A DNA stretch of 61,791 nucleotides, counting the filler. It is 6 parts of 6 records of this genome, joined end to end, with 100 filler letters (N's around TTAATTAATTAA, not from the genome) between each part and the next. Parts side by side here need not be neighbours in the genome. Positions count along the whole stretch, not along the records: positions 39,919 to 49,022 come from SRR2962707_4171; positions 49,123 to 55,366 come from SRR2962707_4172; 4 more parts are not named here. One strand, given 5' to 3'. Position numbers and translations under genes: made by a program. The notes beneath the pieces are model-generated. The model did no database searches, was not told where the DNA came from, and saw only the letters and a program-made list of their open reading frames with translations. Of the stretch, positions 43,401-54,215 are shown piece by piece (position 1 is the stretch's first letter; the number at the start of each line of letters is the position of its first letter).

Positions 43401-46400
43401 TGACAGTGGAGCCGACAGCACACGTTCCAGTGATGACGAAGATGAGGACGAAGAGGAGCAAAACGCGGCACTGCAAAATGAACGAGCCAAGGAACAGACG
43501 GATTCGCACCCACAGAACGAGCTAAATGGAGAAGAGACAGCGGCTGCCGCACGAGTGCCAACCGACACCTCCATAGTCAGCGGCTCCCAGGGCCTGGACG
43601 ATGACGACGAAGAAGATGAGCTTGGTCCAATGCACATTTTGCCGCTGTACGGAATGTTGCCACGGGACCAGCAGCTTCGGGTTTGGCAAACGCCACCACA
43701 GGGATCAAGACTAGTCGTCGTGGCAACGAATGTGGCCGAAAGTTCAATCACCATCCCAGGCAAGTCTTCATCGACTTTAGAATTTTGTTGGCCTGGCATC
43801 GCTTTTCGCATTTTTTAGTGAACTGGATATTGGGGCTTTTATTCAATGTAGGCATTCGTTACGTGGTGGACAGTGGCCGTGAACGCCAGCAGCGGTATCA
43901 TCCTGTCACAGGAATGTCTTGGTTTGACGTGGATTGGGTCTCAAAGGCCTCCGCCAAGCAACGGTCTGGTCGAGCTGGCCGTACGGCAGCTGGCCATTGC
44001 TACAGATTGTACTCTTCCGCTGTTTTCGAAACACAGTTTGAATCATTTGCTCCTGTTGAGCTGCTGAACAAGCCACTTGAAGATGTTGTTGTGCGGTGCG
44101 TAGCCGTCAAATTGTGACAGCAATCGTGGGTCACAGTATCATCTTCGCTTTTTGTCGGTGTGCTTTTGCACTTCTATAATAAGTTTGTTTTCCATTACGC
44201 GTTCATGATAGGGTTAAGAAACTTGGTGTTGAAAGTGTGCAAGACTTTCCATTCCCTACCCCTCCGGCAACCTCGGCGCTTCGGGCGGCTGTACGCAATC
44301 TTCGACGACTTGGGTCGCTAAGCTCGTCACATTTCTTCAAAACATCAAATGAAAAAGCTGTTGCTGCACTGAATAAAAACGGAGGCGATGAGCGTGAGCG
44401 AAACGTGGAAGATGATGTGGATGAAGGTCGGCTGACTGCTATAGGGCTTGCCGCGGCCAGGTTTGTTTGTCGCCGTCGAAATGAACTCAAACTTTCGCTG
44501 TCTGTGCTTCGCGCGTTGGTGTTCAACTTGTTTTCCATGCTCTGTTTCCCAGCTATCCCGTCACTGTGCGTTTCGGCAAAATGCTGGCACTGGGGAAAGA
44601 GTTGAAATGTCTTGCACTGGTGGTAACGCTCGTCGCGGCTCTCAGTGTACGAGCACCTTTCTTGCGTGTCGTGGATGAGAAACCCACGGGAGAAAGGGAG
44701 AAAGCGAAGGCAATAGGGGTTGATGGTGTAGTTTCCGTGAAACACACCAGCGAATCATCCGGGGCACCAGTTGCGGAGAACGCTGAGGAGGACTTTGACG
44801 GAGAAGATGCCGACGGTGGCGAGACCCATGTCCGGTTTCTGAACATTCATCAAGCACATGGGAAGTGGGCGAATGGCGAGAGTGATGCGCTGTCGGTGCT
44901 CAATACACTTGGAGCATACCTGTTTAACCGCAAGGTGCGTTGTTCGGATACTCGGCCTCGAGGTGCTTGCTGTTCCTCCAAGAGCTAAAAGCGCGTCATC
45001 CGTCCTTGCTGTACATTGAACAGGCACGTGCACGGCATCACTTCTGCCGCATGAACAACCTCCGGCCTCAAACAATGGAGGAGATGGCGAGTCTTCGACA
45101 ACAGATTCTGTCCATTGTTTGCGATGTCGAGGTTGGGTCTGGAAAGAGTGCTTCGAGCCGCAAGGTAGCGCATCAACTTCGTGTTGCACGTTTTTGCATT
45201 TGAGCGACCGCGGTATCAGCTCGGCTGACCAATGGACGTGATTGCAGGCTCGCAATGCCCGACTTGCTGCACTGGAACGCGAAACTTTAGAGCCCCCTAC
45301 GCCTGCTCAGCAAGCTGTGCTCCGACAGGTTTTGTGTGCTGGATTTATTGACCGTGTCGCACGTCTTCATGGAGTGGTTAAGGGTCGTCCTGCATATCAG
45401 TCATGCGATGGATCTTTTGACGAGCTGCTATTTCTGCATCCAGTGAGTAAAATGACCGAACGTCTCGTCTTGGCAAATTGCGTTACACTTTCATGAGCAC
45501 AATCCTCACGATTTTGTTTGTTCGCGTTCCTAGACATCCTTTGTGGATGCGCGTGCGCGCAAGAGTGACGCCCGCGGGGCACCGCAATTTGTAGTCTACC
45601 AAGAAGTGGTGCGCGGAACTTCACGTGATTATATGTTCGTTTCATGTTCAATTTATTTCATGTTCGTCTTGCAGCCATGGTGGCCACGGGGTCTTGAATT
45701 TGGCTATGAACGACTCACTCGAGCGCCGCATCCGCGCTATTTGTATTAAACCAGGCGTGGGGTCACAGTAGTGGAAGGTGACTGGTTGTTTGGTATGGCT
45801 GGCGGGACAGTTCTTTGCCGAAATGAGCTTCGTGAATCGCCAGCTCCGCAGTACGATCCAAAGGCAGACAGAGTGCGCGCTTTCGTGATTCCGCATTTTG
45901 GGGACCGAGATTGGGTATGATGGATTTTGAGTCTTCGCATTCTAATGCTCTCTGGTCGCAGTAGTAAAAACGCAATTGGTTAATTCCGTTTTTTGCACTG
46001 CCGTGTGGTTTGATGCTTAGGTGCTACCAATGCAAAGAGTTGCGTTTCCATCCGACACTGAACAGTTGCGGAGGCGCCGCGTGATGTGGTTTGCGCGACT
46101 TTTGCTTGAAGGCAAAGTCATCTCGCAACCATGGAAGGCAATGCAGGTGCGTCCATCGGTTTATGGCCTGTTGTTTAGGTGACATCGTGCTATTCACTGT
46201 GGACTACTAATTGTGTGTGTGTGTGTGTGTTCCTGACATAACAGCCCATGCTTGCGGACAGCCCCAAACTTTTAGTGACGGAGAATACCGGCGTTACGTT
46301 CAAGGGAGCCCAATCCAAGCGTGCGCAGGACATTTTGCGCCCAATGTTGATGTACGAGATCGATTCTCTATCCACACTCGGCGCACGTTGGCGCGCCGAC

Positions 46401-46626
46401 CCCAAATTTCTTCTGGTGAGCTCCACCGCTCATTCCAAAACCTGCTTTGTGGTGTGTCGACCTTCTCACTATCGAAGTGTTGAAGATTTGCAGCGTGAGT
46501 AATTTTTGTTCGTCGGCTACCCAACTGTAGGCTGCAACGCTGAAGTGGGTGCGAAAAGGTTCAGGCGCCGAGCGACTGGTGCAAGAAGCCTGGCCGGCCA
46601 TGGTTGCGACTGTTGTTGGATCGTGA
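40431..46626 (+). CDS. DHX37: DEAH-box RNA helicase DHX37/Dhr1-like, about 18 exons
   Basis: [99 protein letters not shown]. The exons join in phase. Confidence 0.88.
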
Positions 46627-46691
46627 GTGTTTTGGGCGCATTATTAATTTTCAAGAAATATGGAAAATCCAAAAATCCTCGTTCCGACTGC

Positions 46692-48534
46692 TCAGAAATC
46701 GCTGAAATCATAGTCAGGGTCGTCGAAATCCTCGTCAGAATAGTCGTCGCCGCTGCCACTGTCATTGCCCTCGTCGCTATTTTTTTTATCAGTGTCGCTT
46801 GAACCAAATAAATTGCTCTTCACATCGCTGCTGCCATTCTTCGCGGCTTCGTGGCACTTGGAGCACGCACCATCCAATTCTGGGCTTCCGAAGAAGCCGC
46901 AATTGAACTTGCAGAGCTTTGACAACTGTTGCTGTTGCTGTTGCTGCAAGGAGCAAATTTGGCAAAAAAAAAAACGGGGTAAAAATGCTGACAGAAATGG
47001 AAAAAGCAAAAAACGGGCGTCCACAACCAAGCTTAGCTCCCAGCTCACCTGAGTAGCAGGTGGTGGGTCAAATTCTGGTGGTGGTGGGCGGCAACGATGG
47101 CGACCGGCGACGGACAACGGTGCAATGAATATTGCACCACGACCTCGCCCATCTCCGCTGTCGGAGATTATATCAACAACCACGGCAATTCCACTTTCAT
47201 TGATGGAGTCCACAATGCGGCCAATGTAGTACTTGCTGACCTCACTGCTGTCCAACTTAATAACTGTATCACCATCTCGTCCTTGGGCAATCGCCTCCTC
47301 AACCTGGCAAAGGGTAACCACCCAGCCAGCGAACAAACTAGATTTAAACCCCTGGCTCGGCGATAAATCATACTTTGAATTGACAGCGAACATACATATA
47401 TACGTCAACGCGCACCTCTTCGCTGCCTTTATCCAACTCTCCAGTCTCGAGCTTATGGTAGTAGCTGCCTGCAAATGGCACAGGGCTCAAAAGCGTTGTG
47501 GGGTCAGCGTCGCGATAATAAACAACTGACAGCACAGGCTGCTTCGTCGCCGAGGATGCCTGAAAGCAAACACACGCAATACGACCGTGGGCACGTTTTC
47601 CATCTGTCTTTCTTGCGAGCCAATGCACAGCCGGACGGGCAATGGGCGAGCGCCACCGCCCGTTGCCATCTACAAGGGAAGCAGAGCACACATCTACACA
47701 AGCACGAACCGACGCTGCCTTTCGAACATCTTCAACCTTCAACCACTCAGCGTTGTCGACGAACTTCACAGCCTTCTTTTGGCCTGGCGGAGTCTTCCCT
47801 TTATCTGTGTTTACTTTGAGAACACCTTTGCCGACCACAACCCCACCGTCAGCCAACGGATCTTTTTTCTGACCAGCTAACGTTGGCAACGCAGTCAGGC
47901 CAAAGCGTGAGCGTTGGGGAGTCGACAATGCCTCGCCCTCCGTGTCGCTGTCGCCGTTCTTCTCCCCTTCAGTTCGAAGTTGCTGCAGCTCTTTCTTCTG
48001 CGCTTCAAACTTCCGACGTAGATCTGCCAGCTCTTTCGTCGCGCGCTCACCGTCTTCACGGGCATCGTGGAGCGACTCCTCCAGCTCCCTGACTTTCTCT
48101 TCCAGCTGCTCAAGTTTGGCATTCGATGCTGCGTCGTCGCGCCCATCACTTCCGGTAACAGCTTCCGCCGCGCCGGCCACCTTCTCCTCTGGCTTCTTGA
48201 ACGAGTGTGCGACCAGCACCTCAAACACCGACACGCCCTTATCCGCCTCGCGCATTCGCGCGTAGATCTCCTCCAGATTCAGGGCCTTGTAAATCGCCTT
48301 CACCGAGTTGATGGTCTTGTCTCCTCGCGGCCGCGACTCGTCGAAGGATTCCAAAATGTGGCCGAGGCCCTTGCGGTACATGAATTCGCGCAGCAGCGCC
48401 TCCACAACATCGTTAGGCTCCGTGTTCTCGTCCACGACGCTCGTGCCCGGCGGCTTCTCCCTTTTGGCCTTCTTCTTCTTGTTCTTGCTGTCGGCAGAAC
48501 CATTCTTCGGCTGCTTCTCCGCGCCACCCGTCAT
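46692..48534 (-). CDS. Protein with a MINDY4-N-terminal-like (LisH-like) domain, coiled coil and C-terminal A20-type zinc finger. 4 exons: 48534-47710, 47559-47416, 47303-47049, 46943-46692 (~491 aa)
   Basis: ALLREFMYRKGL...DESRPR...IN...ALNLE.IY resembles, from recall, the MINDY4 N-terminus. LCKFNCGFFGSPELDGACSKC fits zf-A20. All three introns are phase 0 GT-AG. Confidence 0.72.
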
Positions 48535-49022
48535 TGCGGCAATTCTGGATCCGTCTTGGCTGCTTCGACAGGCAGGTCGTGGTTGTTTTGCAAACTTCTC
48601 CGTAGGACCTTGTTGCGCTTCTCGGTGCTGCTTTTGCGTGTGTTGACGCTTGTGGACAGCCGTGTGACTCGCCCTTCTTCAAAGCTGGTTGACGAGAACA
48701 AGCAAGCGTCGGCGATGGAAACTTTGAGCAGTGGCTCTTGCAGGCGGAAGGAACAAACGACTCGCGGCTCGGTAGCAAACGGAAAAGGGGACTTTTTCTC
48801 TCGCCCTCTCTCGTGGTATTGTGTTTTCGTTTTTCTTGAGAACGTTCTTGTTGCTTCGTCTTCTTCTTGTTCTTCTTGTTCTTCTTTTTGCGTTCACGCA
48901 GAATCTAGAGACTTGGGGCCAGGCGCCAGAACCCAAATCCAGCTGCTACGAAAAGCAGCATACGCACAAGCAGAAGACGAACACTAACCGAACACAGCAG
49001 CGGGGGGGGGGGGGGGGGGGGG

Positions 49023-49122
49023 NNNNNNNNNNNNNNNNNNNNNNNNNNNNNNNNNNNNNNNNNNNNTTAATTAATTAANNNNNNNNNNNNNNNNNNNNNN
49101 NNNNNNNNNNNNNNNNNNNNNN
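49023..49122. other. Artificial contig spacer (preceded by a poly-G run)
   Basis: Same N/stop linker. Confidence 0.99.
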
Positions 49123-49489
49123 GTCTTGGCACCAGGGACGGTGCGTTTTTGGATCGATTTGCTTGGAATCTGCGGTTCTTCTCTTCAAGACCCAAGCGGT
49201 ATTGAAGATAGAGGCACGGCTCGGTCACGAAAAACTCCGACTGGCCATATCTATTCCCATCTTCAACACAACGCGTTATCCCAATTGCAGGCTATGTGTG
49301 CCGATATCACCTTCATCATTCGACATACGCGCGGCAATTAAGGCAGGCCGTGAAAGGGAGCGGAATTACCGAACGGGCCAGGAAATCCTCGGCCACAGCG
49401 ATATTCGGACGACTGAAATCTACACCCACATTATTGGCGATCGAAGAGCTGGAACAGTTAGTCCATTTGATCGTTTGCCGGGTTCCTGA
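49123..49489 (+). pseudogene. intI: Integron integrase remnant with internal deletion and frameshift
   Basis: One frame reads DWPYLFPSS...GYVCRYHLHHSTYARQLRQAVKGSGITER. Another frame from 49379 reads QEILGHSDIRTTEIYTHIIG...SPFDRL. The HxxRH box between them is absent. Confidence 0.8.
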
Positions 49490-49676
49490 GAAATGACCAA
49501 GCGCCCAACCAAGGCAGAAAGAGCCGGGGATCTCTGAGGCCATCCGAATGTTCGCTTTTGTTTAAAAAGCGGCTTAATCGTTAATGACAGAAATTCCGGG
49601 TCAACTTGGCGGGCACAAAGCATCGAATGGCTTTTATAGTGCTCGCCCAAAACGGACAAACTATGGTTTAAAAATC

Positions 49677-49711
49677 AAAAGCCCCCGAACGTGTCCTGAC
49701 ACGCCGGGGGC
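49677..49711 (-). terminator. Rho-independent terminator of mucD
   Basis: GCCCCCG..CGTGTC/GACACG..CGGGGGC stem then TTTT on the minus strand. Confidence 0.75.
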
Positions 49712-49740
49712 CTGAACCTTCTTGAAAGGTCGTTATTAAC

Positions 49741-51219
49741 TCAGGGCTTCATGACCAGGTAGATTGCCCGACCCTGCCTTACGATCCGGACCGAGACCGC
49801 CCGGTTTTCCGGCAAGTCGCGGACCACCGACCGGAAGTCCTCCACCGAGCGAATCTGCTGGCGGTTGATCTCGGTAATGATGTCCCTGGCACGAATACCA
49901 GCCTCAAACGCCGGGCCACGATCTACGCCAGCGACTACAACACCGCCTTCCACGCCGATGGAGCGAGCAGTCTCGGGAGCCAGTGGCTCAACGGACAACC
50001 CAAGCGGTGCGCCCGCGCTATTGTCGCGGCTACCGGTTGAGGGCTGGGCAGCGTCATCGCCGTCTTCCGGCAACTTGCCAATTTCCACGTCGAGGGTGAT
50101 TTCATCACCACCTCGCAACACGGTCAGGCGCGCCGATTCACCCACCGGTGTACGGCCAACCATGGGCGGCAGGTCAGAGGACAACTGAACATCCTCGCCA
50201 TTGTATTCCAGCACAATGTCACCGGCTTCAAGGCCACCCTGCTCCGCCGGTGAATCCGGCATCACTTCGGCAATCAGCGCGCCACGGGGACGGCGCAGCC
50301 CGAAACTCTCGGCCAGATCCCGGTTCACTTCCTGAATAAGCACGCCCAACCAACCCCGGGCCACGGCGCCTTTGTCGCGGAGCTGGCGGAAAACGTTCAT
50401 GGCATCGTCAATGGGAATGGCGAACGACACCCCCATGAAGCCGCCGGAGCGGGTGTAAATCTGGGAGTTTATGCCCACCACTTCGCCTTCCAGGTTGAAC
50501 AGCGGGCCACCGGAGTTACCGGGGTTAATGGCAACGTCGGTCTGGATAAACGGCACGTAGTTCTCGGATGGCAGCGAGCGGCCCAGAGCACTGACAATGC
50601 CCGCCGTCACCGTGTAGTCAAACCCGAATGGCGAGCCGATCGCGAAAACCCATTCGCCGACTTTCAGATCCCGGGAACGTCCAACGCTGACCACCGGCAG
50701 GTCTTCACCATTCTCGATTTTGAGAACCGCCATATCCGAGCGGGGATCGGTACCCACGATAGTGGCGGAAAACTCGCGGCGGTCATTCAGGCGCACAATC
50801 ACTTCATCGGCACCCTCAACCACGTGATTGTTGGTCAGTACATAACCATCGGCTGACACAATAAAGCCGGAGCCCATGCTCCTGCGCGGCTGCTGCGGCC
50901 GAGGGGAACCACCAAAAGGAGACTGCGGGCCGCGGAAAAAATCCTGAAGGAAAGGCGGCAACTGCTCCAGTTGCCTTTCATCAAAAGGGAGCCCATGGAA
51001 GCCAGAGCTCTGGCTGCCCGGATCCGTCGTGGTACTGATATTCACCACCGCACTGGAGTTATCTTCTACCAGTTCAGTGAAATCCGGCAGGCCTCTGGCT
51101 GCGACGCCCTGGCTCCAGAATACCGACACCATGGCAGCCAGCATCAGCAGAACGCCCAGCATGGCACCGGGCCTGGCCAGGGAAGGCATACGGGCAGCTT
51201 CTATATTTTTTTCTGGCAT
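49741..51219 (-). CDS. mucD: DegP/HtrA serine protease with two PDZ domains
   Basis: GSGF, TNNHV, QTDVAINPGNSGGP. Position after mucC. Confidence 0.93.
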   Translation of the reverse strand: MPEKNIEAARMPSLARPGAMLGVLLMLAAMVSVFWSQGVAARGLPDFTELVEDNSSAVVNISTTTDPGSQSSGFHGLPFDERQLEQLPPFLQDFFRGPQSPFGGSPRPQQPRRSMGSGFIVSADGYVLTNNHVVEGADEVIVRLNDRREFSATIVGTDPRSDMAVLKIENGEDLPVVSVGRSRDLKVGEWVFAIGSPFGFDYTVTAGIVSALGRSLPSENYVPFIQTDVAINPGNSGGPLFNLEGEVVGINSQIYTRSGGFMGVSFAIPIDDAMNVFRQLRDKGAVARGWLGVLIQEVNRDLAESFGLRRPRGALIAEVMPDSPAEQGGLEAGDIVLEYNGEDVQLSSDLPPMVGRTPVGESARLTVLRGGDEITLDVEIGKLPEDGDDAAQPSTGSRDNSAGAPLGLSVEPLAPETARSIGVEGGVVVAGVDRGPAFEAGIRARDIITEINRQQIRSVEDFRSVVRDLPENRAVSVRIVRQGRAIYLVMKP

Positions 51220-51301
51220 GTAGAACCCCCTGATTTTACTTGCGTTTATAGAGCTATTCTGGGGCTGGGGCGTGAATTTTCAACTTAAAAAACGGTAGGG
51301 A

Positions 51302-51751
51302 TCATGGACATGTCGAGGATGGAATTGTCTTTATCCTCAACAACCGCGGCTGGTAGCGATCACCGGCCCCGGCCTGCCAACGCTGCACCAGCCAGAACCC
51401 GACGCCCAGGCCTGCCACCGCTCCGGCTATGGCGCCCAGGTCTGACCCCGCGGCCCAGTTATGAGCCATCACACTGGCAAGCACCATCAGCACCAACGGC
51501 AAACCGTAAATAATCAGCGAGGCATTCAGCAGCGACTGTTCATCCAGCCCGATGACCACTTCATCCCCCACCCGGGCGCCCACGGAATTATCTACCAGCA
51601 CCTGGTTCGCCCGGCCGCCGGATACCGCAGCCAGGGCTCGCTGCCCGCAGCCCGAGCGGGCCGAGCAACTCTGACAGGCACTGGTTCTTATCGTCTGAAC
51701 CCAAACCTGATCACCCACCAGGGCCACGACTTTACCGGTTTCCGTGATCAT
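51302..51751 (-). CDS. mucC: RseC/MucC family protein
   Basis: SACQSCSARSGCG and two TM helices. Confidence 0.9.
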   Translation of the reverse strand: MITETGKVVALVGDQVWVQTIRTSACQSCSARSGCGQRALAAVSGGRANQVLVDNSVGARVGDEVVIGLDEQSLLNASLIIYGLPLVLMVLASVMAHNWAAGSDLGAIAGAVAGLGVGFWLVQRWQAGAGDRYQPRLLRIKTIPSSTCP

Positions 51752-52790
51752 GACCGGACAGCTCAGCTACGAAATCGTCATCCACTTCCACGGCATCTGC
51801 CACCTTTCGTGCAGTGCCCGGCGGAATTTCACCAACCACCGCTATCAGGAAGGGGCGATCAGAGACCATGACTTCGCGCATGTAGATGGTGGTTGCCCCG
51901 ATACGGGAAGCGCCTGTCGGCATTTTCAGCCGCCCGACAGGCTCGACAAATACGGAAAACGCAGCCAGGCCATCGGAGAACGCCACGGCCTTGCCACTGC
52001 CCGAACGTGGTGCAGCCGCCGGCACAAAGCCCTCCGGCTGCCAGAACAGAGTCCAGCCATTCATCCGGCCAACCGATGACTCCTGTTTCCGGCCATCGTC
52101 CAGGGTACGGCTAATCTCACGACCACGGGTCTGAACCTCGAGTTCCTCGTCGGAAATATCGTCAGTGATCTCAAGATCGGTGAACTGAAAATGCTCCAGT
52201 ACCTCACCGTTTACATCCCGCACCTGGCTCTTGACCAGTAGCCCCGTCTCTTTTTCCAGCCAGAGGCGGTGGCTGTAGCGATCATCATCCCGGGCCCCGA
52301 GCGCCACGATCACCACATCGTAGCCGGCGACCCGGTCTTCACCCGCCAGTTCAGGCAGATACCAGCGGCCAAACGGCATCAACTGACTGGTAAACGCTTC
52401 TGCGAACGGGCCGGAAGGAATCACCTCGTCCAGCCGGACCCTGCCCCGGTCAGGCAATACACAGACCACGTTCATGCCTTTACGGACGATTTCACCACTG
52501 CCGCCGTCCTGCATCACCAGGCGTTCCTCAACACGCCCGTTCCGGTAACGGTGGGCGATGCGCATGGAATGTACCTGATCGCCCCGGGCATAAACAAAGA
52601 CCCCGCGGTACGATGTCATGTTGAGTGCAGGGCCAAGCCGCTCCAGCCAGGCCATGGCCGCCGGGGCTTCACCGCTTTTCTTTGTCTCGCTGGCCAACTC
52701 GGCCCTCACCGGATTGATCAACAGGCACAGCAGAGCCACAAGAGCGGCAACCGCTCCGAATACCGACCTGCTGGATACCCGGTTGTTCAT
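51732..52790 (-). CDS. mucB: Periplasmic negative regulator MucB/RseB
   Basis: YRGVFVY, LEHFQF, FSDGLAAFSVFVE, VVGEIP. Confidence 0.9.
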   Translation of the reverse strand: MNNRVSSRSVFGAVAALVALLCLLINPVRAELASETKKSGEAPAAMAWLERLGPALNMTSYRGVFVYARGDQVHSMRIAHRYRNGRVEERLVMQDGGSGEIVRKGMNVVCVLPDRGRVRLDEVIPSGPFAEAFTSQLMPFGRWYLPELAGEDRVAGYDVVIVALGARDDDRYSHRLWLEKETGLLVKSQVRDVNGEVLEHFQFTDLEITDDISDEELEVQTRGREISRTLDDGRKQESSVGRMNGWTLFWQPEGFVPAAAPRSGSGKAVAFSDGLAAFSVFVEPVGRLKMPTGASRIGATTIYMREVMVSDRPFLIAVVGEIPPGTARKVADAVEVDDDFVAELSGHDHGNR

Positions 52791-52807
52791 AAACCCATGC
52801 TCCCGGT

Positions 52808-53374
52808 TCAATAGTTACCACTGGCGCTGACCAGGCGGGCGTAACCCACCGAGCCACGACCTGCACCCACGCTGTTGTGCTGGGCATGCTCAAGCAGGTA
52901 CTGACGCATCTGGCGCAACTGGTCTTCGTCCAGCCGCTGTAGTGCCACTTCCTCAACCGCCGCCGACAGCGTTACCGCAGAGGCTGAAGGCTCGGCACTG
53001 CCGCCGGCCAGTGCCTGAACAGGTACTCCGGTGCGGGTATCCCAGCCGGCTCCGGCGCCGAAGCCCACAATCAACGCCATGAACACCATGGCGGCCACCG
53101 GCCAGCGCCAGACCGACACCCTGGGCACCTCCACCGGCGACCGGGCCTGTTCTGAGCGAGCATGGCCATCGAGCGCTTCCCTCACCGCGCCGGCAACATC
53201 AATACCATCGGCAGGACCGTGCTGCTCGTGCATCAGATCACGTATCTGCTGCCATCGCTGCCACTGGCCGCGCACGTCCTCCTGGTTGCCATGTGACAAC
53301 AACCGACGAACCGATAGCTCATCGGCCTCGTCATCCATCATCGAAGACAGTGTTTCTCTGAGACGCTCATCCAT
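52808..53374 (-). CDS. mucA: Anti-sigma factor MucA/RseA
   Basis: ETLSSMMDDE, WQRWQQI, TM helix, YLLEHAQ. Confidence 0.88.
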   Translation of the reverse strand: MDERLRETLSSMMDDEADELSVRRLLSHGNQEDVRGQWQRWQQIRDLMHEQHGPADGIDVAGAVREALDGHARSEQARSPVEVPRVSVWRWPVAAMVFMALIVGFGAGAGWDTRTGVPVQALAGGSAEPSASAVTLSAAVEEVALQRLDEDQLRQMRQYLLEHAQHNSVGAGRGSVGYARLVSASGNY

Positions 53375-53389
53375 AGGATGCAACCTCAT

Positions 53390-54076
53390 TCACGTTACTG
53401 ACTGATCAAGGAGCGGGCCAAGGTGGCGATCCACCGAGTCCCGCGCCCGGAAAATTCTTGAGCGCACGGTACCTATGGGGCACTCCAGTATCCGGGCAAT
53501 ATCTTCATAACTCAGGCCATCGTATTCCCTGAGCAGGAACGCCGACCGCAGTTCCTCCGGCAGGCTGGCAATGGCTTCCGCAAGAGCTTTCTGCAACTGC
53601 TCCCTCTGCAGCAACCGCTCCGGCGAGGCCGGGTCACGCAGTCGGCCGCCATCATCAAAGTTTTCCGCATCGGTGACATCCGCCGATCCCTGGGGCCGCC
53701 TGCCGCGGGCCTCAAGGAAATTCTTGGCGGTGTTTACGGCAATCCGGTACAACCAGGTGTAAAACGCGCTGTCGCCGCGAAAGCGATCAATCGCGCGGAA
53801 GGCTTTGACAAAGGTTTCCTGAGTCAGATCCATGACTTCCTGGCTGTCGTAGACATAACGGCTGATAATAGACGCGACCCTGGACTGGTATTTCACCACC
53901 AGCAGATCGAAGGCCGCACGATCTCCGTTCCGGACCTTGCGAACCAACTGCAGATCCGTCTGGCTGTCGGACTGCTCACCGGGTTTCCAGTCATTTTCAG
54001 GCGTCATGGACGAAGCAACAGAAAGTCCTGTTTTGGGAGCCAGTGGTCTGGCCTCGATACGAGTGGCTTGTGTCAT
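53390..54076 (-). CDS. algU: Sigma-E (AlgU/RpoE)
   Basis: AFDLLVVKYQ, FRGDSAFYTWLYRIAVNTAKN, CPIGTVRSRIFRAR. The start codon is uncertain. Confidence 0.93.
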   Translation of the reverse strand: MTQATRIEARPLAPKTGLSVASSMTPENDWKPGEQSDSQTDLQLVRKVRNGDRAAFDLLVVKYQSRVASIISRYVYDSQEVMDLTQETFVKAFRAIDRFRGDSAFYTWLYRIAVNTAKNFLEARGRRPQGSADVTDAENFDDGGRLRDPASPERLLQREQLQKALAEAIASLPEELRSAFLLREYDGLSYEDIARILECPIGTVRSRIFRARDSVDRHLGPLLDQSVT

Positions 54077-54151
54077 TGGGCTGTTCCAGCGTTCGTTCAC
54101 TAACCCTTGATGCAGACCGCACCCGGCTGACAGGGTTATCCGTTAGCCCAA

Positions 54152-54178
54152 ATAGACAGCAAGCGTAAAGTTTAGTTC
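54152..54178 (-). promoter_or_regulatory. Sigma-E autoregulatory promoter GAACTA-N16-TCTAT
   Basis: One mismatch to the GAACTT-N16-TCTAT type AlgU promoter, located upstream of algU. Confidence 0.72.
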
Positions 54179-54215
54179 AATACACGTCCACATTATGGCC
54201 CGCGACCACGACTCA

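Noticed and set aside
49600..49660. attC site
   Set aside because: A hairpin is present but the RYYYAAC/GTTRRRY core boxes are not properly paired.
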